A stretch of 43,293 nt of DNA from an uncultured Methanosarcinales archaeon (GTDB lineage: Archaea > Nanobdellota > Nanobdellia > Woesearchaeales > GW2011-AR4): NCBI GenBank assembly GCA_964538135.1, contig CAZIEE010000001.1, forward strand, positions 1 to 43,293, written 5' to 3'. The notes below the pieces were generated by a model that saw only the letters and a list, made by a program, of their open reading frames with translations, was not told the DNA's origin and made no database searches. The position numbers and the translations under genes are program-made. Shown one piece after another: positions 18,447 to 27,306 of the stretch; the stretch's first letter is position 1; every line of letters begins with the position of its first letter.

Positions 18447-18556
18447 AGCCCGTCACGAGACAAGCGTGAGAGCAAGATTGCACGCTAGCGTGTAAGTACC
18501 CAATGGAGTTGACGATGAACATCAAGCAATGAGCTTGGGGGTTAGTGTAACGGGCA
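18447..18556 (+). ncRNA. Candidate structured ncRNA of about 110 nt, family unknown
   Basis: About 53% G+C by my count (57 of 108 nt) in flanks that are visibly far more AT-rich. Closing helix GCCCGTCAC (18448-18456) with GTGTAACGGGC (18545-18555). Internal hairpins: CACGC-TA-GCGTG, CAAGC-AATGA-GCTTG, GAT-GAAC-ATC and ACCCAA/TTGGGGGT. Correctly spaced TATA on the plus strand. Confidence 0.45.
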
Positions 18557-18756
18557 ACACAAAATATTAAAGGTATTAGAACAACTTTAATCATTATTTT
18601 CATTTATTGTTATCTCAGTGTTAGTGAATTAGAAGTATAGTAAATTAGTTCATAAAATTATAAGTGAAATAGTATCGGTGCTATAAATAAAGGATAGCTT
18701 CAAATAAACTTGTTCTAATGCTTTATACTGTTATAAATCGTATTGAGGTGTTTAAA

Positions 18757-19989
18757 ATGGGTAAAATAAGTCCAGTTGTAGCAAAATATATAGTTCATTC
18801 AAATATAGATATTGAGGGTGTTGTTGACAGGCCAGATGTAATTGGGGCAATATTTGGTCAAACAGAAGGTTTGTTAGGTGCAGATCTTGAGTTGAGGGAA
18901 CTTCAAAAATCCGGTAGAATTGGTAGAATAGAAGTAGATACAGAAATAAGAACTGGAAAAACCAAAGGTTCAATCACAATTCCTTCTTCTTTGGATAAGG
19001 CTGAGACATCAATAGTTGCAGCAGCATTGGAGATTATACAGAGAATAGGTCCCTGTAATGCCAAGATTGAGGTTCTCAGGATAGAAGATGTAAGGATAAG
19101 CAAAAGAAATATGGTTATAGAGCGAGCAAAGGTATTGCTTAAGAATATGATGGATTCCACAATGCCAGATTCACAAGAAATTGCAGATGAGGTATCTGCA
19201 GCTGTTAGAGTTATGGAACTTGTTGAGTATGGGAAAGACAGGCTTCCAGCAGGTCCTGCAATTGATGAGAGTGATGAAATTATAATTGTTGAGGGTAGAG
19301 CTGATGTACTAAACTTGTTAAAACAAGGATTTAAGAATGTTATTTCACTTAATGGAACATCTGTACCCCAAACAATAGTAGATCTTTGCCAAAGAAAGGT
19401 GGTTATTGCCTTTGTAGATGGAGATAGGGGGGGTAGTCTAATAGTTAAGGAACTAACATCCATCACAGATATAGATTTTGTGGCAAGAGCTCCTGATGGT
19501 AAAGAAGTAGAGGAAATTACAAAAAAAGAGATTCACAAGGCATTAAGAAGCAGGGTTTCAGGAGAGCAAGCTAAGTTAGAACTTTTAAAAGAACCAGAAA
19601 AACCATCAGGAAGTTTTTTTAGGCCTCAGAACCAAATGGTCAGGCCACAACAAAAGCCTTTTGTACCACCTCTACCAACTATTAAAAAAACACAGGTTTC
19701 AAACGAAGAAAAAAATAAATTTAGATCTATGCTTGAAGATTTAATTGGAACAAAAGGGGCAGAGGTTCTTGACAACAAATTTGCTATTTTAGTAAAAACT
19801 CCGATAAACGAGCTAAAAACTTCACTAAAGGGCATATCCAATGCATATGCTGTTATCTTTGATGGGAGTATAGATGGAGATATAGTAAAAATTGCAGAAG
19901 AGCTTAATATCAAATTTTTAGTGGGCATGGATTCAAAGGTCAGGCAGAGTGAATCTACTACCATCTTATTAACAGTAAATGATATTTAA
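18757..19989 (+). CDS. dnaG: Archaeal DnaG-type primase (TOPRIM; exosome-associated family)
   Basis: [42 protein letters not shown]-terminus. TOPRIM motifs IIVEGRADV and [14 protein letters not shown] sits 7 nt upstream of ATG 18757. The track start at 18718 is rejected. Confidence 0.85.
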   Translation: MGKISPVVAKYIVHSNIDIEGVVDRPDVIGAIFGQTEGLLGADLELRELQKSGRIGRIEVDTEIRTGKTKGSITIPSSLDKAETSIVAAALEIIQRIGPCNAKIEVLRIEDVRISKRNMVIERAKVLLKNMMDSTMPDSQEIADEVSAAVRVMELVEYGKDRLPAGPAIDESDEIIIVEGRADVLNLLKQGFKNVISLNGTSVPQTIVDLCQRKVVIAFVDGDRGGSLIVKELTSITDIDFVARAPDGKEVEEITKKEIHKALRSRVSGEQAKLELLKEPEKPSGSFFRPQNQMVRPQQKPFVPPLPTIKKTQVSNEEKNKFRSMLEDLIGTKGAEVLDNKFAILVKTPINELKTSLKGISNAYAVIFDGSIDGDIVKIAEELNIKFLVGMDSKVRQSESTTILLTVNDI

Positions 19990-20001
19990 ATAGAGAACCA
20001 A

Positions 20002-20748
20002 ATGACAACCACCTTGTTTTATATTCTAGCTTCAGTCCTATTGGTAAGTCTAGTTTCTATTATTGGTATTTTCTTTTTCATAAGAAGGAAAATAATTAAA
20101 ACAACACTATTTTTTATGGTGAGCTTCGCAGCAGGTACTTTATTAGGGGTTGCATTGCTCGATTTGCTTCCAGAAGCCCTTGAGGAACAAACAACAATTT
20201 CAAATAAAATTATCCCTTTATTTGTTTTGTTAGGAATCACATTCTTCTTCATTCTTGAAAAATTTTTATATTGGCACCATCACCATACTCATGAAAAAGA
20301 GGTTCATGCTTTTACCTCTCTTAATCTAATTGGAGATAGCATCCATAATTTTTTAGATGGTGTTCTTATTGCAGTAAGCTTTTTAAGTAGCACAGAGCTA
20401 GGAATAGTTGTTACAGTTGCAGTGATTATGCATGAAATTCCTCAAGAAATAGGGGATTTTGCAATATTAATTTATGGTGGTTTTTCCAGATTAAAGGCAC
20501 TAATCTATAATTTTTTAACAGCATTGACTGCAATTTTTGGAGCTTTATTAACCTATTTTTACTCTAATTATATACAGAACTTAAATGCTCCCCTGACAGC
20601 TTTTGTTGCTGGAGGATTCATTTACATAGCAAATGCAGACTTGATTCCAGAGATAAAAAAGGAAAAGAATTTGAAAAGGTCATTTTTGCAGTTAATCTTC
20701 CTGATAGGAGGCATTCTATTAATTTGGATTATTACAACCATACTTTAA
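20002..20748 (+). CDS. ZIP-family divalent metal transporter
   Basis: Multi-TM protein with a His-rich loop (HHHHTHEKEVH) and the ZIP signature HEIPQEIGDFAIL. Confidence 0.8.
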   Translation: MTTTLFYILASVLLVSLVSIIGIFFFIRRKIIKTTLFFMVSFAAGTLLGVALLDLLPEALEEQTTISNKIIPLFVLLGITFFFILEKFLYWHHHHTHEKEVHAFTSLNLIGDSIHNFLDGVLIAVSFLSSTELGIVVTVAVIMHEIPQEIGDFAILIYGGFSRLKALIYNFLTALTAIFGALLTYFYSNYIQNLNAPLTAFVAGGFIYIANADLIPEIKKEKNLKRSFLQLIFLIGGILLIWIITTIL

Positions 20749-20781
20749 TACTTTAACAAAATTTGTCAAAATCTGTTTAAA

Positions 20782-21960
20782 ATGAATATAGCAATCCTTT
20801 TAGGAGCAGGAAAAGGAAAGAGGGTAGGTTCTGAAAAAAATAAAGTATTATTAAATCTATTGGATAAGCCGCTAATTTTCCATACAATAGATATTTTTGA
20901 GAAATCTGATTTAATTGATTATATAATTCTTGTTGTAAATAAAATAAATGAAGGAGAAATAAAAAATATTATTAGTAAGTTCAGATTCAAAAAAGTAAAA
21001 AAAATAGTTTATGGTGGTAAAAAAAGACAAGATTCAGTTTATAATGGAGTAAAATCACTTGATAGATGTAATGATGGGGATATTATATTAATACACAATT
21101 CTGCAAATCCTTTTTTAAGTCAATCTACAATAAAAAAAGCGATTGAAGGGGCAAAAATTTATGGTGCTTCAGTAGCAGCAATCCCATCAGTAGATACAAT
21201 TAAGGAAGTAGATGTAAATAATTTTGTAATTAAAACATTAGACAGATCTAAATTATTGAGGGCACAGACTCCTCAGGCATTTAGGTATGACCTCTTAATT
21301 AATTCATTAAAACAAGCACATAAAGACAGATTCTATGCAACAGATGATGCAGCGCTGGTTGAGAGATTGGGGCATAGGGTCAAGATTGTTGAAACTGAAG
21401 CTGATAACCTAAAAATAACAACTCAACAGGATTTAATAATTGCAGAAGCCATTATGAATAATAAATCCAATGTATTGGATACAAAATCATTTAGAGTTGG
21501 GTTTGGTCAGGATAGCCATCGCTTTTCAAATAAAAAGAAAAAATTGGTTTTGGGAGGTTATTTGTTACCAAACGAAACCGGGTTAGAAGGAAATTCTGAT
21601 GCGGATGTTTTATTGCATGCTTTGTTTAATGCACTAAGTTCAGGAATTGGGGAAAGATCACTTGGTTATTATTCTGATTCAATGTGTAAAAAAGGAATAA
21701 TGAATAGCAAGGAATATTTGAAATTAATTTTAAATAAGATGAAGGAAAAGAATTTCAGAATCAATAATATATGCGTTAGTATAGAAGCAGCTAAACCAAG
21801 ATTTGAGGTACACACAAACAAAATCAAGGATTCATTATCAAAAATATTAAACATAGAAAAGAATGATATAGGTGTTACCTATACCTCTGGAGATGGTTTA
21901 ACCAAATTTGGCCAGGGAAAAGGAATTCAATGCTTTGTTGTGGTTAGTTTGGTAAAATAA
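20782..21960 (+). CDS. ispDF: Bifunctional IspD/IspF-like protein (cytidylyltransferase + MECDP-synthase domains)
   Basis: N-terminal half has LGAGKGKRVG and QTPQAF (IspD). C-terminal half has FRVGFGQDSHRF and GNSDADVLLHAL (IspF). Confidence 0.75.
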   Translation: MNIAILLGAGKGKRVGSEKNKVLLNLLDKPLIFHTIDIFEKSDLIDYIILVVNKINEGEIKNIISKFRFKKVKKIVYGGKKRQDSVYNGVKSLDRCNDGDIILIHNSANPFLSQSTIKKAIEGAKIYGASVAAIPSVDTIKEVDVNNFVIKTLDRSKLLRAQTPQAFRYDLLINSLKQAHKDRFYATDDAALVERLGHRVKIVETEADNLKITTQQDLIIAEAIMNNKSNVLDTKSFRVGFGQDSHRFSNKKKKLVLGGYLLPNETGLEGNSDADVLLHALFNALSSGIGERSLGYYSDSMCKKGIMNSKEYLKLILNKMKEKNFRINNICVSIEAAKPRFEVHTNKIKDSLSKILNIEKNDIGVTYTSGDGLTKFGQGKGIQCFVVVSLVK

Positions 21961-21981
21961 AGTAAATTGCAAAATTTCTTG

Positions 21982-22395
21982 TTAAATCTTCGCCTTTACA
22001 ATATTCTTTGCTCCACAAGCAGTACATTTCATGTACAAAAGATCATCTACGCTTTCTAATTTTGTATCTGGTTTACCACATTCAAAGCAAAGCACAAAAT
22101 CATTTGCATATTGCCTTATCTTTTCATTTATTCTTAAAGCAGGTACCTTGGCACCAATAATTAATGTTCTGTTCTTCTTAATTTCACCTGGGGTTGCAAG
22201 TTCTTTTAGGATATACTTAAGTAAGTGATCAACATCTCTCCTCAAAATTGAAGCTATTTGTAGAAAATTAGTTATTATAGTTCTGTTGCCTTGTATATGG
22301 CCTAAAACTTTAGGTATCTCAAATCTTTCTTTAATAAATACAATGTCTGGTAGATTTTTTCTTACTTCTTCAAGCATTGTTTTGTAGTCTTGCAT
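21982..22395 (-). CDS. eif2b: Translation initiation factor aIF2 beta subunit
   Basis: 137 aa. C-terminal zinc ribbon CFECGKPDT...CTACGA and typical aIF2-beta/eIF5 core. Confidence 0.85.
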   Translation of the reverse strand: MQDYKTMLEEVRKNLPDIVFIKERFEIPKVLGHIQGNRTIITNFLQIASILRRDVDHLLKYILKELATPGEIKKNRTLIIGAKVPALRINEKIRQYANDFVLCFECGKPDTKLESVDDLLYMKCTACGAKNIVKAKI

Positions 22396-22511
22396 TCATT
22401 AAAAGAATCTAAATCTGTATATAAATCTAGCGGGATAGGTTTTATTCATGTTTACACTTGTATAATGGCATTGCAACTTTGGGTGATACATACGATATTT
22501 TTTACCGAAAT

Positions 22512-22520
22512 TCTTATATA
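22512..22520 (+). promoter_or_regulatory. TATA-like element upstream of L11 gene
   Basis: CTTATATAT is centred about 30 nt upstream of ATG 22546. Confidence 0.35.
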
Positions 22521-22545
22521 TGGAGGATAATTCCATCAGAAATAT

Positions 22546-23346
22546 ATGTCTACTACAACTGTACAAGCATTGGTGCCTGGAGGTGGAGCTAAGGCTGGTC
22601 CCCCATTGGGTCCTCAATTAGGTCCTCTAGGAGTGAATATTGGACGAGTAGTATCTGAAATCAATAAAAAAACATCTATATTCGATGGTATGAATGTTCC
22701 TGTCAAGATTATAGTAGATACAACCACAAAAGATTTTGAAATTTCAATTGGAACTCCCCCTGCTTCTGGCCTAATAAAGAAAGAAGCAAATCTTGAAAAA
22801 GGTTCTGGCAAGGCAAAACATGAAATGGTTGCTAACCTCCTTATTGAACAAATTATAAAAATAGCAAAGATGAAGGAAACTGTTACATTAGGTATTTCAC
22901 TTAAAGAAAAAATAAAAGAGATTGTTGGAACATGTCAATCTATGGGTATATTTGTTGAAGGTAAGCCAGCAAAAGAGATCATAAAAGATATTGATATGGG
23001 AGTTTTTGATGAAGAGATAAGACTTGAGAAAACCGAGTTGACTGCAGAAGAGCTTGCAAAGCTTGAACAAGAAAAGAAAATGTTTGCAGAAGAGCTTGCA
23101 AAACATAAAGCAGAACTTGATAAGATTGCTAAGGATATTCTTGCTGAGATGACTGGTAAGCCAAGAGGAGAGATTAAAGCTAAGTTAGTATTAGCTGGAA
23201 TTCCAGATGACATGATAACTGCATTGTTGTCTGTTGAAGGAGTTGCTGCAGCTACAACAACAGATTCAAAGACAGCTACAGCTTCAACTACAGCTACAAA
23301 AGGTGAAGTAAAAAAAGAAGTTAAGAAAGAAGAAAAGAAGAAATAA
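22546..23346 (+). CDS. rpl11: Ribosomal protein uL11 with about 108-aa C-terminal extension
   Basis: N-terminus ALVPGGGAKAGPPLGPQLGPLGVNIG is archaeal uL11. After about 158 aa the ORF continues into a helical K/E-rich segment, an A/T-rich linker and a KKEVKKEEKKK tail. Confidence 0.8.
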   Translation: MSTTTVQALVPGGGAKAGPPLGPQLGPLGVNIGRVVSEINKKTSIFDGMNVPVKIIVDTTTKDFEISIGTPPASGLIKKEANLEKGSGKAKHEMVANLLIEQIIKIAKMKETVTLGISLKEKIKEIVGTCQSMGIFVEGKPAKEIIKDIDMGVFDEEIRLEKTELTAEELAKLEQEKKMFAEELAKHKAELDKIAKDILAEMTGKPRGEIKAKLVLAGIPDDMITALLSVEGVAAATTTDSKTATASTTATKGEVKKEVKKEEKKK

Positions 23347-23530
23347 CCTCCTCCTAAATTAAAATTATTATCTTAACCTACTTTTTTAACCTACTTTTGA
23401 TTATAAAATCGTAGGGAGTTTTCAGATAAATGTCTATTATTTAGATACTAGGACTAACATTAAAACGCCAGAAATCAATGAATTAAAAGAAAGCATAAAA
23501 TACTATTCCAGTACTGAAGAAAGCACATAT

Positions 23531-23926
23531 TTGACATTTCCAGAATGGTACACTGTTTATAGCTATCAGGAGTATGCCAATTTTATAGAAAAGAATCGCC
23601 CAAGCCAATTTCCTTATTTTTCTGCTGTGAAACAATTTTGGAGCGGTTACTGTGATATGTATGGGATTACTTATGAAAGTTACTCATTCAGAACCAAGGA
23701 TCAAAAAAGTAAAAGATATGGGGGAAATGTCTTATATAATAACAATGCCGCATTATCAGGATTTTACAGATGTGATGAAATAATGCTGACAGCTATTGCA
23801 CGATCTGATTGGAACCATAAAATAAGCAACAGTGAACAGATATTCTCAATGAAAATTTTAACTCAGCCTTATCTTAAAAGATTAGAATCCAATGGTGTAA
23901 AAATTGAACACATTTATGATTATTAA
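23531..23926 (+). CDS. Hypothetical protein, possibly a 5'-truncated gene
   Basis: The frame is open from 23390 but has no ATG; the track start is TTG. W/Y/C-rich composition is unlike the neighbours. No domain recognised. Confidence 0.25.
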   Translation: MTFPEWYTVYSYQEYANFIEKNRPSQFPYFSAVKQFWSGYCDMYGITYESYSFRTKDQKSKRYGGNVLYNNNAALSGFYRCDEIMLTAIARSDWNHKISNSEQIFSMKILTQPYLKRLESNGVKIEHIYDY

Positions 23927-23927
23927 A

Positions 23928-24135
23928 TCAGAATTCTTTCAAAATCTCCTCAGGTTTAACAATTTTTATTTTTTTATACTCTTTCAGCTTCAATAAATGC
24001 CTATCATAAGTGATTATATAATCAGAAGAAGATTCAATAGCACATTCTATAACTTTGTTATCGTCAGGATCATCTTTTATTATCTCTATTTTTTGTTTCG
24101 GTTCAATCAGCTTAGCAAAATACAGTAACTTTCAT
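23928..24135 (-). pseudogene. Truncated/frameshifted PIN-domain toxin remnant
   Basis: ATG 24135 gives MKVTVFC then a stop. The +1 frame continues as ...KDDPDDNKVIECAIESSSDYIITYDRHLLKLKEYKKIKIVKPEEILKEF. That matches only the C-terminal half of PIN (COG1569-like) toxins, so the N-terminal catalytic half is missing. Confidence 0.6.
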
Positions 24136-24136
24136 T

Positions 24137-24412
24137 TTATCGTCTTGATTTTCTAACTCTTTGGATCATTTCAGGCACATTACTTTCTTTGATTCCCAAT
24201 CTTTCCACTCTTTTTCTGCCCTCTAATGCAATTGCTCCTATCTCTTTGATTAAATCTTCTTTGGATGGAATTAATATTTTTTTTAGGATAATTGCATCTT
24301 TTGAAGAAACAACTGAAAAGATAGTTCCCTCACTAGCGTTTAATTCTTCCCTTATATCTTGAGGAATTACAATTTGTCCTCTTGAAGACATTTTAATAGT
24401 TTCTGCTGGCAT
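24137..24412 (-). CDS. AbrB/SpoVT-family antitoxin
   Basis: MSSRGQIVIPQDIREEL motif. Start chosen at ATG 24412, preceded by GGAGGT. The track start is the TTG inside TTGGAGGTCAAAATG. Confidence 0.7.
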   Translation of the reverse strand: MPAETIKMSSRGQIVIPQDIREELNASEGTIFSVVSSKDAIILKKILIPSKEDLIKEIGAIALEGRKRVERLGIKESNVPEMIQRVRKSRR

Positions 24413-24537
24413 TTTGACCTCCAATAATTCTTATTTTCTTATAGTAAGATATACTTATTTATAAACTTTTCTGTTTTCTGCTTAATAACAACGGAACTCC
24501 CCCTAACAAACGAAACGACTACGACGAAATGTTCCCC

Positions 24538-25464
24538 TTAATGTAAGTTCTGATTTTTTTTATTACTTTTTATAATCCTACTCAAGCTTTGGTTGACTGG
24601 ACATTTAATATTATACTTTTTTCCTAATCTAACAACAGCTCCATTTAAGTAATCAATTTCTGTAGGATTCCCTTTTATTAAGTCTTGCAACATAGATGAA
24701 AGATTTTTTGAATCTTTTATCCTCTTATTGAGGTCATTAACAAAGTTCCTGACAAAATCTTTGGATTTAATATTAAATTTTATTCCGTCTTTTGTTGCTA
24801 CCATCAAACATTCTTTTACAATGATTTCTTTCAATGGGTTTAATCCTTTATCTGCAATGTATCTATTTTCTTTTCTCAAAATTGCTGTAAGAGGGTTCAT
24901 GATACAATTAAATATAAGCTTTTTCCATACATCTAATCTGATGTCAGTTGATACAGAACATTTTAAACCACACTTATTGAAATTATTGACTAAAGATTTA
25001 CTCACAAAACTATTTTCAATTATAGTATAACCTAAACTATTGCATTTGATAATACCTGGCTTTGAGAAAACCACCCCTAAACTTGTTACTGCTCTTAAAA
25101 CAAGGCAATTATTTTTAACAACATCCTTTACTATATCCTCACTGTTGAGTCCATTCTGAAGACATAATATAATTGTGTCTCTCCTAATAATATTTTTTAT
25201 ATTGCTTATAGCTTTTTTGCTGTCATAAACTTTTGTAGTTAGTAATATCAAAGTGTTTTCATCAATCTTGTTGATATTTGTTTCTGCTTTTATATTGTAA
25301 GTCTTGCTCTCTAATCCAGTAATATTCCAGACAATCTTCAAGCCATCTTTATTTATTTTGTCAACATGTTGCTTTTTTGCTATTAAGGTAACATCATTTA
25401 ACTTAGATAATCTTGCCCCATAAAAGCTACCAACTGCTCCTGCCCCTAAAATTATTATGTTCAT
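24538..25464 (-). CDS. panE: 2-dehydropantoate 2-reductase (ApbA/PanE family)
   Basis: N-terminal Rossmann motif IIILGAGAVGSFYGARL and a length of about 300 aa. Confidence 0.7.
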   Translation of the reverse strand: MNIIILGAGAVGSFYGARLSKLNDVTLIAKKQHVDKINKDGLKIVWNITGLESKTYNIKAETNINKIDENTLILLTTKVYDSKKAISNIKNIIRRDTIILCLQNGLNSEDIVKDVVKNNCLVLRAVTSLGVVFSKPGIIKCNSLGYTIIENSFVSKSLVNNFNKCGLKCSVSTDIRLDVWKKLIFNCIMNPLTAILRKENRYIADKGLNPLKEIIVKECLMVATKDGIKFNIKSKDFVRNFVNDLNKRIKDSKNLSSMLQDLIKGNPTEIDYLNGAVVRLGKKYNIKCPVNQSLSRIIKSNKKNQNLH

Positions 25465-25480
25465 ATCTTCTTATAAACTA

Positions 25481-26356
25481 TTAATCTTTAAACTTATTAG
25501 TTACTGGCATTCTCCATTCCAAATTATGGAATGAGCGTTCAGAAACCCTAATTAGCATAGCTGATCTTCTTTTATGCTCATTAATCCTTATCCTGTTAAT
25601 TGTATTATCAACAATTTTTTTGTTAAAACCCTTACTGATTATCTCTTGTCCAGATAAATCTCCTTCTATGTAAAGTTTACATATCTTATCCAATAATTCA
25701 TATGACGCCCCAAGCTCTTTGACAGCAGTCCTTCCAGTAATTAGTTCAGCACTGGGTTCTTTACTTAGTATCGAAGAAGGAACTCCTAAAAACCTGCCAA
25801 GTTCTAAAACTTCAGTTTTCCATAAATCTCCTATGACCAATATATCTGCTGCATTATCTCCATATTTTGTAGTATAACCAAGAGCAATTTCTGATTTATC
25901 AGAAGTACCTATAACCATTGCACTGTATAGATTTGAAAAATAATAAAGCAATAACATTCGGATTCTGGCTTTTGCATTTGCAATTGGATTAGGAAAAAAT
26001 GTATTTTCAGGAAACATCAATCTTTTTGATATTCTGTTTTTTTTATTAATCCTTTTAATGCACTCCAAAAAATCATCTATTTCTAAAATATAGTATTTAA
26101 TTTTTAATTTTTTAATTACTTTAAGTGCATCATCCATGCTTTTTTTTGAAGTAACTTCTGTATCTGGCATTATTAATGCTGTTAAATTCCTGCTACCCAA
26201 AGCTTTACATACAAGATAAGTAGAAACAGAACTGTCTACACCCCCACTTAATCCAATTACTGCTTTTTTGCAACTATTTTTTCTAAAATAATCTCTAATC
26301 CCCAATATTAAAGCACTGTAAACTTCATTAACTCCTTTTATATTTTTCATATCCAT
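25481..26356 (-). CDS. nadE: NAD+ synthetase, ATP-pyrophosphatase (synthetase) domain
   Basis: SGGVDSS PP-loop (GLSGGVDSSVSTYL). Confidence 0.85.
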   Translation of the reverse strand: MDMKNIKGVNEVYSALILGIRDYFRKNSCKKAVIGLSGGVDSSVSTYLVCKALGSRNLTALIMPDTEVTSKKSMDDALKVIKKLKIKYYILEIDDFLECIKRINKKNRISKRLMFPENTFFPNPIANAKARIRMLLLYYFSNLYSAMVIGTSDKSEIALGYTTKYGDNAADILVIGDLWKTEVLELGRFLGVPSSILSKEPSAELITGRTAVKELGASYELLDKICKLYIEGDLSGQEIISKGFNKKIVDNTINRIRINEHKRRSAMLIRVSERSFHNLEWRMPVTNKFKD

Positions 26357-27085
26357 TCATTTTAAAATGTTTATGATTTTAATATCTTCCTCAAAATCCT
26401 TGCATTTTTCCATTATCCTTCCATAATTGAAGTACATACTATGTCCATAATAAACTATCCCATCCTGGGAACCAACATGGTTTACATAAATTATAGGAAG
26501 ATTATTTTCTGACCATCTTTTTTTTAGAATATTCTCTATAATTTCTATCTTACCTTTGCTATAAGGAGAGGCAGAAATATTTATTATCAGCTCAGCACCT
26601 TTGCCTTTTTGGGCTTTTAATATTTCAGGAAACCATATATCTTCACAAATACTTAAACCAATCTTAAATTTGTTATTTTTATTTGTCTCATTAAATTCAA
26701 AAACTGTTGAATCTTTGCCAGAATTAAACCATCTTTTTTCATCAAATATTTTATAATTTGGCAAACATATTTTTTTGTGAACTGCTATAACCTGTTGATT
26801 TTTTATGACAGCAGAACTGTTATACAAAAGTTCATTGTCCAATTGAATAAATCCAACAATAGCTGATTTATTTTTTGTATTTTGGACTATCTTATTCAAA
26901 GCAAGATTACATGTATTAATTAAATTATGATTTAATATTAAATCCTGAGGGCTATACCCTGTAATGGAAAGCTCTGGAAAAACAACAATATCTGCATTTG
27001 TTCTTTTAATAATTGAGATTATCTTCTTTGTATTCTCTTCTATGTCTCCAACAACAGGATTTATCTGAGCTAATGCAATTCTCAT
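26357..27085 (-). CDS. Carbon-nitrogen hydrolase (glutaminase-type domain of glutamine-dependent NAD synthetase)
   Basis: Nitrilase-superfamily triad context: FPELSITGY, HKKICLPNY, LSICEDIWFP. Its TGA (26357-26359) directly abuts the nadE ATG and is in the same frame. Confidence 0.75.
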   Translation of the reverse strand: MRIALAQINPVVGDIEENTKKIISIIKRTNADIVVFPELSITGYSPQDLILNHNLINTCNLALNKIVQNTKNKSAIVGFIQLDNELLYNSSAVIKNQQVIAVHKKICLPNYKIFDEKRWFNSGKDSTVFEFNETNKNNKFKIGLSICEDIWFPEILKAQKGKGAELIINISASPYSKGKIEIIENILKKRWSENNLPIIYVNHVGSQDGIVYYGHSMYFNYGRIMEKCKDFEEDIKIINILK

Positions 27086-27306
27086 ATAATTTCAAATGGT
27101 TCACTCATAATCTTTCCATCTTTCTCAATTATCTTTTCTATCTTTTTTTGTGCACTTTCTAATTCCTTAGTGCATAATTTTGATAATTCACTCCCTTCTT
27201 CATATTTTCTTATAGTTTCCTCTAAAGTCAGTTCTCCTTCTTCCAAAGATTCCAGGATGTCCTCAAATTTCTTCAAATTTTCCTCAAAAGATCTATTCTT
27301 TTCCAT
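27082..27306 (-). CDS. xseB: Exodeoxyribonuclease VII small subunit
   Basis: SFEENLKKFEDILESLEEGELTLEETIRKYEEGSEL is XseB-like. ATG 27306 is preceded by GAGGT. ATGA overlap with the downstream gene. Confidence 0.75.
   Translation of the reverse strand: MEKNRSFEENLKKFEDILESLEEGELTLEETIRKYEEGSELSKLCTKELESAQKKIEKIIEKDGKIMSEPFEII

Noticed and set aside
22399-22617. 72-aa minus-strand ORF between the aIF2-beta and L11 genes.
   Set aside because: It overlaps the L11 promoter and 5' coding region, has a Cys/Ser/Arg-rich implausible translation and has no signals. It is most likely spurious.
26357-26359. Possibility that TGA is recoded (alternative genetic code), fusing the two NadE domains.
   Set aside because: TGA terminates several well-supported genes at expected lengths and in ATGA coupling overlaps (proB at 28450, operon genes at 40488 and 41666, the adhesin at 12907). 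Standard stop usage is therefore the simpler reading.
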